A DNA stretch of 32,000 bases, from contig CP060262.1 in the NCBI GenBank assembly GCA_022646745.1, positions 3,510,001 to 3,542,000 of the forward strand, written 5' to 3'. Source of the DNA: Planctomycetales bacterium (GTDB taxonomy: Bacteria > 4484-113 > JAFGCY01). This document shows, piece by piece, positions 15,658-24,413 of the stretch; position 1 is the first letter of the stretch; the number at the start of each line of letters is the position of its first letter. The notes below the pieces were generated by a model, which saw only the letters and a list, made by a program, of their open reading frames with translations, did no database searches and was not told the DNA's origin. The position numbers and the translations under genes were made by a program.

Positions 15658-16510
15658 GAATTCCCGGGTGCAGGATCCTGCCCAGCAGCTGGACAAGCCG
15701 TCCCATTCCGTTGATGAGCTAAAGGCTGCCAGCAATGAGGTGCTGCTCAGGCGACTCAGGCAGATGGATAGTCCGCTGGCAAGGCAGGTAGCCGCCGGGC
15801 TGTGGGGCATGCTGTACCCGGCACTTAGCAGTTTTGACGACGAAACGATTGATGACTGGCTGCTGCAGTGCCGGGTGATAGACGAAGGCAGGCGGGACAG
15901 GGCTGGCAAGCAGCAGGACACAGCGCATGCGTCAAACCTGGGCGGAGTCATGCGGGAAGCTGAACTGCGGTGGATGCACGCGTGGCTGGAGAATCTGCGC
16001 AGGACCAGGCTTTCACTGATCCTGATGGAGGACCCGGTCAGTCTGCGTGATGAAATCCTCGCGGACCGCCCGATCCTGCGAATGCTGTTGCCGAAGCGCA
16101 AACTGGAAAGCAGTGCAGACATTGCCCGCTTCCTGAACGAATATTGGCAGCTGTTGCATGACCGCAAGAAGGGAATTCCCAACAGCATATCGATGGCGGG
16201 GAATTTCGCGCTGTTGACATTGATCATGTTGAGTTCCCTACTGGCTAATGTCCTGCCTTACTGGTTGTTCGTCGCATACCTGGTGCTGCTGACGAGCTTC
16301 TGCCTGAAGTACATCCTTGGCCTGTTCTCTATGCCGGGACCTCTGCGGGCCAGGGCCCAGCTGCTGATGCTGTTCATCTCGTTCACGGACGAGTTCGTGG
16401 AGGACAGCAGCCTGCTGCCCGCAGGGAAGGATGAATCCTGTGAAATTGAGGCGCAGGACATTGAACGGAACAAGGACGGAAAGGAAAGGCGGCAGTTGGA
16501 AGAGAACTGA
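15650..16510 (+). CDS. array paralog P16 (last member, long acidic/basic tail)
   Basis: 8-nt overlap with P15. Motifs: RLRQMDSPLARQVAAGLWG, LRRTRLSLILMEDPVSL, FLNEYWQLL, 2 TM, LMLFISFTDEFVED, then a charged tail of about 40 aa. The ORF-track start at 15614 was not used. Confidence 0.8.
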   Translation: MNENSRVQDPAQQLDKPSHSVDELKAASNEVLLRRLRQMDSPLARQVAAGLWGMLYPALSSFDDETIDDWLLQCRVIDEGRRDRAGKQQDTAHASNLGGVMREAELRWMHAWLENLRRTRLSLILMEDPVSLRDEILADRPILRMLLPKRKLESSADIARFLNEYWQLLHDRKKGIPNSISMAGNFALLTLIMLSSLLANVLPYWLFVAYLVLLTSFCLKYILGLFSMPGPLRARAQLLMLFISFTDEFVEDSSLLPAGKDESCEIEAQDIERNKDGKERRQLEEN

Positions 16511-16612
16511 GGAACAAGATTACTTCAGACTTCCGTGCAGGTAGATTGGCTCATTGCCTGCAATCGCCAAGCTTACAGCTTGGCCTCCGTGCCGGACCTC
16601 CATCCATCCCCT

Positions 16613-16966
16613 ATGCTGTTAGGGATGTTCATGAGGATGCATCGCAAGCGTGCCGACCTGATCCACCTCGTGGTGGAGATCCACAGCAATGACTGGCAGG
16701 ACGCCCCGCCTGAGGGCCCGGGCCTCAGTGGCGTGGAGCAGCCGCTCAGTGCCGCGCTGATGGAGGACAGGATCGGCGAGTTCCTCGGCAGCCGCTGGGT
16801 TGACCTGGCGGCCGGCTATGAGATGGACTTCGTCGTGCTGCCCCAGAGCGTGGTGGCAGCGGTCGGCATCCTGCGCAGTGAACTGAAGAAGCTCGGTGCC
16901 CCGCCGGACACACTGGTGCGGGTGCTCGGTGTACAGGCCGCGGACTACCCGGTCTACGAAGGCTGA
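16613..16966 (+). CDS. small hypothetical protein (no recognisable family), last plus-strand ORF after the array
   Basis: Open frame with GC-rich third positions. The start is ambiguous: GTG 16535, or ATG at 16613, 16625, 16631 or 16637. No TM segment or motif was recognised. Confidence 0.4.
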   Translation: MLLGMFMRMHRKRADLIHLVVEIHSNDWQDAPPEGPGLSGVEQPLSAALMEDRIGEFLGSRWVDLAAGYEMDFVVLPQSVVAAVGILRSELKKLGAPPDTLVRVLGVQAADYPVYEG

Positions 16967-17053
16967 GCCGCAGGGACATGCAGGGTATTGCAGCGGACAC
17001 TGCAGGAAACCACCATTCAGGAAGCAACTGGCTTGGCAACTAAGCTGAACCCC

Positions 17054-19378
<2,325 letters not shown>

Positions 19379-19524
19379 TCTACATGATATAGTCAGGCTG
19401 TTCGCCAAGGTGAACGGGCCGGTGAGCCTTTGGGTGGTCAACAAATGCGGGCAGGATGGCCTGCAGGCTGGGCTGCTTCAGGCGCACTCTCACAAATCAA
19501 GCTGACGAACGTTGGACAGGTGAA

Positions 19525-21867
19525 ATGGAATTCATCCGTTTGGCGGCACGCAATAAGTCGAGCTTACTCCTGATCCTGATTGCCATCGTGGCGTGTTTCG
19601 GCTGCACTGAGCAGCCTGCGCCGGATACAGGGGATGAGGTGCGCGCGCAGGCGGAACAGGCTGCTGATTCGCCGGTGGACTCTGGGCGGGCCGGGCAGGA
19701 AGAACAGGCTGCAATCCCTATCCCTACAAGCAATCCGACTGAAGCGGAACTGCGCGCCGAGTTTGCAGCACTGGCAAGGCAGTTTGCCCAGAGCCAGAAC
19801 CCCTACCTCGGCCTGAGCGACATGGGCCAGTACCTGGAAGTGCTGAATGACCCGGCATCAGACGACATCGTCAAGGTGCAGGCGCGGGTCTCGCTGGCCA
19901 GCCAGCTCCTGAAGCGCGGGGAGATCGATGCAGCACTGGAGCAGGTGGATGAGGTGACCGCCTGGCTGGATGCGACGCAGGCCAGCGGCGGCTTCCCGAG
20001 CGTGGATGAGGAACGCATGGCGGTGTCCATCATCCGCGGGATCGAGGGCCTGGTCTGGCTGCGCAAGGCGGAGATCGAGAACTGCGTTGAGCGCAACAAC
20101 GAGGACTGCTGCATCTTCCCGCTCACGGGCGGCGGCGTGCATGACGTTGACAAGCCGGCGCGCAATGCGATGGCGGCCTATGAGAAGCTGCTGGAGCATG
20201 ACATGGGCAACCGCCGTTTCATCTGGCTGCTGAATGTGGCAGCGATGGCGGCGGATGAGTGGCCGGAAGGAGTGTCCGAGCGCAACCGACTACCGGTGGA
20301 AAGCTTCAGCGACGACTCCGGCATCCCGCGCTTCGAGAACATTTCAAAAGACCTTGGGGTTGACACCTTCAACCTCTGCGGCGGGACGATCGTTGACGAC
20401 TTCACGGGGGACGGCCTGTACGACATCGTCACCAGCAGCCTCGACTTCAATGAGCCGCTGCACTACTTCGTGAATGACGGCCAGGGCGGTTTCGAGGACC
20501 GTTCCGATGCATCCGCCCTGTCGGCGCAGTTCGGCGGACTGAACTGCATCGGCACGGACTATGACAATGACGGCGACCCGGACATCCTCGTGCTGCGCGG
20601 CGGCTGGCTGCGGGATGACGGCTGCGTGCGCAACTCGCTGATCCGCAACAATGGCGACGGCACATTCACCGATGTGACCGGCACGAGCGGGATGGTGCTG
20701 CCGGGGCGGCCGACGCAGGCAGCCTGCTGGCATGACTTCAACAATGACGGCTGGCTGGACCTGTTCGTGGCACATGAAAGCCGCACGGAGATCGAGCCGG
20801 ATGGCCCGAGCTACCCGGCCCGGCTGTGGGTCAGCAATGGCGATGGCACCTTCACCGAGCGGGCGCAGGAGTTCGGTTGCGCGATGGACGCCTTTGGCAA
20901 GGGCGTGAGCGCCGGTGACTATGACAGCGACGGGAATGTGGACATCTATGTCTCGAACGTCGGCCCGAACCGGCTGTACCACAACCTGGGCAACGGGAAG
21001 TTTGAGGAGATCGCGGCCCAGCAGGGCATGCAGCAGCCGGAGGGCCGCAGTTTCGTGCCCTGGTTCATTGACTATGACAACGATGGGCAGCTCGACCTGT
21101 TCGTGTCGGCCTACGAGACTTCGATCGAGGACCTGGTGGACCAGGCGCGCGGGCGCAGCATGCGCTGCCCGGCCCCGCGGCTGTACCGCAACACGGGCAA
21201 TGGCTTCACTGACATCGCGACGGAGAGCGGGCTGGCGATCCCGGTGATGCCAATGGGTGCCAACTTCGGGGACATTGACAACGACGGCTGGCTGGACGTG
21301 TACCTTGCCACCGGTGACCCGGAGTACGAAACCCTGATGCCGAACGTGATGCTGCAGAATGTCGGTGGTGCGACATTCCGCAATGCGACCTACAGCGGTG
21401 GCTTCGGCCACCTGCAGAAGGGGCATGGCGTGGCCTTCGCGGATATAGACAATGACGGCGACCAGGACATCTACAACCAGCTCGGCGGATTCTACCCCGG
21501 CGACAAGTTCAGCAATGCGCTGTTCCTCAATCCGGGTAATGCCAACCACTGGCTGAAGGTCAGGCTGGAAGGGGTACAGACCAACCGCCAGGGCTACGGT
21601 GTGCATATCCGAGTCAAGCTGGCCACGCCGAATGGTGAGCGTGAAATCCACCGGGCGGCGGGTTCGGTCAGCAGCTTCGGCGGCAGCCCGCGTATCCAGG
21701 AGATCGGGCTGGGGGATGCGACTGCAATATCGGAGCTGGAACTGTACTGGCCGGTGAGCGGCACGCGCCAGCTGTTCACGGATGTGCCGCTGGATACGCT
21801 CGTGAGCATCAGTGAGGATGCGGACAGCTGGGAAGCGATTGAGCTACCGGTGATCAGGCTGAAGTAA
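19525..21867 (+). CDS. CRTAC1-family lipoprotein, tandem paralog of the preceding gene
   Basis: ATG 19525 gives MEFIRLAARNKSSLLLILIAIVACFGC (lipobox). It is collinear with, and highly similar to, the 17054 gene from the SQNPYLG motif to the end. The FG-GAP blocks and the ASPIC/UnbV C-terminus are the same. Confidence 0.85.
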   Translation: MEFIRLAARNKSSLLLILIAIVACFGCTEQPAPDTGDEVRAQAEQAADSPVDSGRAGQEEQAAIPIPTSNPTEAELRAEFAALARQFAQSQNPYLGLSDMGQYLEVLNDPASDDIVKVQARVSLASQLLKRGEIDAALEQVDEVTAWLDATQASGGFPSVDEERMAVSIIRGIEGLVWLRKAEIENCVERNNEDCCIFPLTGGGVHDVDKPARNAMAAYEKLLEHDMGNRRFIWLLNVAAMAADEWPEGVSERNRLPVESFSDDSGIPRFENISKDLGVDTFNLCGGTIVDDFTGDGLYDIVTSSLDFNEPLHYFVNDGQGGFEDRSDASALSAQFGGLNCIGTDYDNDGDPDILVLRGGWLRDDGCVRNSLIRNNGDGTFTDVTGTSGMVLPGRPTQAACWHDFNNDGWLDLFVAHESRTEIEPDGPSYPARLWVSNGDGTFTERAQEFGCAMDAFGKGVSAGDYDSDGNVDIYVSNVGPNRLYHNLGNGKFEEIAAQQGMQQPEGRSFVPWFIDYDNDGQLDLFVSAYETSIEDLVDQARGRSMRCPAPRLYRNTGNGFTDIATESGLAIPVMPMGANFGDIDNDGWLDVYLATGDPEYETLMPNVMLQNVGGATFRNATYSGGFGHLQKGHGVAFADIDNDGDQDIYNQLGGFYPGDKFSNALFLNPGNANHWLKVRLEGVQTNRQGYGVHIRVKLATPNGEREIHRAAGSVSSFGGSPRIQEIGLGDATAISELELYWPVSGTRQLFTDVPLDTLVSISEDADSWEAIELPVIRLK

Positions 21868-21943
21868 GGGAGCGCGTGGCGAGGGAATGTGAAAGCATTT
21901 CATAGCCGAGCAATGGGAGCGCGTTGCGATGGAAATTGAACTG
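21868..21943. repeat. two imperfect 27-nt direct repeats spaced 47 nt apart in the intergenic region
   Basis: GGGAGCGCGTGGCGAGGGAATGTGAAA at 21868 and GGGAGCGCGTTGCGATGGAAATTGAAC at 21915. 22 of 27 positions are identical by hand alignment. Confidence 0.6.
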
Positions 21944-22070
21944 GAGGTGCGACCACGCCTTGGCGTAGCTGTCGCATAGCCAAATCCAGTTTATTGATCA
22001 CTAGTATCTAAGTGACATAACCCTTTCCAGCTTTAGGTCACCGGAGGTGTAAGCTCGCCACGCGCTCCGA

Positions 22071-22076
22071 TATAAT
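22071..22076 (+). promoter_or_regulatory. possible -10 box (TATAAT) 8 nt upstream of the trpS ATG, implying a leaderless or near-leaderless transcript
   Basis: A perfect TATAAT lies at 22071-22076 and the ATG is at 22085. No SD-like purine run lies between them, and no good -35 box was seen. Confidence 0.3.
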
Positions 22077-22084
22077 CTGCGGCG

Positions 22085-23590
22085 ATGGCAGACGAAGAGA
22101 AGAATGGGAGGCCCGCTGGTTCAGCGGGTGAAACGCCAGGCTCACAGCCTGGCCTCCAGCAGAGCAAGGGTGACAGCCGCGCGGTGGCGCGTGATGAGGA
22201 CCTGCAGCCGACCTGGACCGACAAGGATGGCAATGTCCACCGCAAGCGTATCCTGACCGGAGACCGCACCACCGGCAAGCTGCACCTCGGGCACTACGTC
22301 GGCAGCCTGAAGAACCGTGTGAAGCTGCAGACTCAGTACGACACCTTCGTGCTGATGGCTGACGTGCAGGCCCTGACGACGCACTGGGAGAACCCGAAGA
22401 TCCTCAAGGAAAGCGTGCGCGAGGTGGCACTGGACTACCTCGCGGTGGGGATCGACCCCTACACAGGTGGAGTGGATGACGGCACGAGGACCAAGATCGT
22501 GATCCAGAGCGCCGTACCGGCGATCGCTGAGCTGACCTGCCTGTATGGCCTGTTCACGCCGATGAGCATCATCCTTGACAACCCGACCACCAAGGCCGAG
22601 GCCCAGCAGTATGGCTTCGGGGCCAGTGAGGAGAATGCGGATGTCGTGCTCAATGAGGACGACCGCCAGCTCTACCAGGAACTGGCCAGCAAACTGCACA
22701 CTGAGTTTCCCGAGCTTGGCAGCGAACTGTCACCCAGCGACCTCGTCGTGATCGTCGGCTCGCTTGGCAGCAGCGGCGATGTGTCCCTCGTACATGACCT
22801 GGAAGGACATGGCTATGCTGACAACGCAGTGGCTGCTGTACTGCACAGTGCACGGGCCCTGCGCGTAGTGCGTGAACAGCTGATCTCCATGAAGCGCAGT
22901 GCCGGCATTCGCCAGATGAATTACGGCTTCCTCGGTTACCCCGTCAGCCAGGCGGCGGACATCACCTTCGTCAATGCGCACCTCGTGCCAGTTGGCGTGG
23001 ACCAGGTGCCGCACATCGAGCTGACCCGTGACATCGTGCAGCGCTTCAACCGCCAGTATGGCAAGCGCAGGCGGATCCTCGTGGAACCGCAAGCGCTGGT
23101 CGGCAAGGGCGGGACACTGAAGGGCATCGATGGCAACGCCAAGATGTCGAAGAGCCTCGGCAATGCGATCTACCTCTCGGACAGCCCGGATGAGATGTGG
23201 CAGAAGATCAAGCCGGCACCGACGGACCCGCAGCGCGTGCGCCGCGATGACCCGGGCCGGCCGGAGGTCTGCAACATCTTCAGTTACCACCAGGTGTTCT
23301 GCGGTGGTAATGAGGCCGGCATCAGCGAGGATGAGCTCGGCGTGGCTACGGTGGAGGAAGTGGCAGTGAACTGCCGCGGCGCGAAGTGGGGCTGTGTGGA
23401 GTGCAAGCAGCAGCTGCACAGGAAGATCACGGCGCTGACCGAGCCGATGCGCGAGAAGCGCAGCTACTGGGAGCAGCACCCGGACGACATGATCGACATC
23501 CTCAAGCTCGGCACCCAGCGCGGCATTGAGGAAGGCGAGCAGACGCTCCAGCGTGTGAAGGACGCAATGAGCGTGCGCTACTGGGACTAG
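22085..23590 (+). CDS. trpS: tryptophan--tRNA ligase, atypically long (501 aa) with an N-terminal extension and an internal insertion
   Basis: HIGH-type motif TGKLHLGHYVG and KMSKS motif GNAKMSKSLGNAI are present. YPVSQAADI and VPVGVDQVPHIELTRDIVQRFN match the TrpRS core (E. coli [11 protein letters not shown] and [22 protein letters not shown]). Confidence 0.9.
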   Translation: MADEEKNGRPAGSAGETPGSQPGLQQSKGDSRAVARDEDLQPTWTDKDGNVHRKRILTGDRTTGKLHLGHYVGSLKNRVKLQTQYDTFVLMADVQALTTHWENPKILKESVREVALDYLAVGIDPYTGGVDDGTRTKIVIQSAVPAIAELTCLYGLFTPMSIILDNPTTKAEAQQYGFGASEENADVVLNEDDRQLYQELASKLHTEFPELGSELSPSDLVVIVGSLGSSGDVSLVHDLEGHGYADNAVAAVLHSARALRVVREQLISMKRSAGIRQMNYGFLGYPVSQAADITFVNAHLVPVGVDQVPHIELTRDIVQRFNRQYGKRRRILVEPQALVGKGGTLKGIDGNAKMSKSLGNAIYLSDSPDEMWQKIKPAPTDPQRVRRDDPGRPEVCNIFSYHQVFCGGNEAGISEDELGVATVEEVAVNCRGAKWGCVECKQQLHRKITALTEPMREKRSYWEQHPDDMIDILKLGTQRGIEEGEQTLQRVKDAMSVRYWD

Positions 23591-23671
23591 GGCCAGTTGA
23601 TTATTGAATTCCGGAAAATACGCTAGAATTCCATTTTCAGATCCGGACCATCTGTAGATCTAGGAGTAAAG

Positions 23672-24277
23672 ATGAACCTGAAGCAGCAGTTCGATTCGAT
23701 TGTCGAGCAGTGGGATCTCAACAAGCATCCCTTCTACGAGAGCTGGCGCGCGGGCACCCTGCCCGTGGACACGCTGCGCAGCTACGCCGAGGAATACGGC
23801 CAGCTGGTGCGGCTGATGCCGAGCGGCTGGGCCACCCTCGCCTCCCCCGACCTGGTGCAGGAGGAGGAGGAGCACAGCGTGATGTGGGACGACTTCGCCC
23901 GCTGCCTGGACACCCAGGTCGGTGATGCTGCGGTGCTGCCCGAGACCCAGGAGATGGTGAGCGAGGTCACGAACCTGTTCAGCCGTCCGGCTTCCGCGAT
24001 CGGCGCGCTGTACGCCTTTGAGGTGCAGCAGCCCGCCACCGCCACGAGCAAGCTCGAAGGCCTGAAGGAGAACTACAAGCAGCTCAACGAGGACCTGTAC
24101 AGCGAGTACTTCAAGGTGCACGCCGTCAACCACCACGAGAGCGAGGCCGTGTACGCCCTGGCGCAGCAGCTTGACGAGGCTGGCCAGGCCGAGGCCGTCG
24201 CCGCCTGCGAGCGGATGTGCAAGACGCTGTGGAATGCGCTGAGCGGCATCCACGGTGAAGACTGCGCGATGGCGTAG
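23672..24277 (+). CDS. heme-oxygenase-like di-iron protein of the CADD/PqqC/TenA superfamily (CADD-like, possible pABA-related)
   Basis: AGGAG lies 5 nt upstream of the ATG. HPFYESWRAGTLPVDTLRSYAEEYGQLV aligns with Chlamydia CADD HTFYVKWSKGELTKEQLQAYAKDYYLHI. EEEEHSVMWDDF aligns with EENGYPNHIDLWKQF, and ALYAFEVQQP with ALYSYESQIP. Confidence 0.65.
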   Translation: MNLKQQFDSIVEQWDLNKHPFYESWRAGTLPVDTLRSYAEEYGQLVRLMPSGWATLASPDLVQEEEEHSVMWDDFARCLDTQVGDAAVLPETQEMVSEVTNLFSRPASAIGALYAFEVQQPATATSKLEGLKENYKQLNEDLYSEYFKVHAVNHHESEAVYALAQQLDEAGQAEAVAACERMCKTLWNALSGIHGEDCAMA

Positions 24278-24289
24278 TGGGAGAAGTGA

Positions 24290-24351
24290 TTAGTGGTTAG
24301 TTCTTAGTGGTTGCCAAACTGATGCAAACCAAGAACTAGCAACTAAGAACT
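24290..24351. repeat. AT-rich palindromic element built from TTAGTGGTT and AGTTCTTAG/CTAAGAACT motifs in the 3' region of the CADD-like gene
   Basis: TTAGTGGTT occurs at 24290 and 24304. TAGTTCTT at 24298-24305 faces AAGAACTA at 24331-24338, and CTAAGAACT lies at 24343, forming an imperfect hairpin around the loop CAAACTGAT. Confidence 0.5.
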
Positions 24352-24366
24352 GGTTTTGAGTTACCA

Positions 24367-24400
24367 GGGGAGGATCCACGGATCCTCCCCTTTTTGTTTT
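24367..24400 (+). terminator. rho-independent terminator
   Basis: The perfect GC-rich stem GGGGAGGATCC/GGATCCTCCCC is followed by TTTTTGTTTT. Confidence 0.7.
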
Positions 24401-24413
24401 CTGCTATGCTGCG

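Larger units (their letters stand above)
4031..16510 (+). repeat. tandem head-to-tail array of 16 paralogous genes (17 domain units) of an unrecognised 2-TM protein family
   Basis: The protein architecture and motifs recur with a period of about 700 nt. A near-invariant 24-nt block, TACATCTCNTTCACGGATGAGTTC (YISFTDEF), lies near the 3' end of every unit. Confidence 0.9.

Noticed and set aside
4031-16510. The idea that the array is one giant repetitive gene broken by sequencing errors, or is read through by TGA recoding.
   Set aside because: Reading frames change at almost every junction; start coordinates mod 3 run 2,1,0,2,0,2,0,2,2,1,1,0,1,0,1,2. Each unit begins with its own start codon and N-terminal motif. 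The two same-frame junctions have TAG or TAA stops. The predominance of TGA stops (14 of 16) is expected in a GC-rich genome, and other genes in the window end in TAG, TAA or TGA normally.
23597-23629. Possible promoter for the CADD-like gene (TTGATT or TTGAAT with TAGAAT).
   Set aside because: The spacers are 21 nt or 13 nt, outside the functional 16-18 nt range. It is left uncalled. The repeated GAATTCC words there may mean something else but are too short to interpret.
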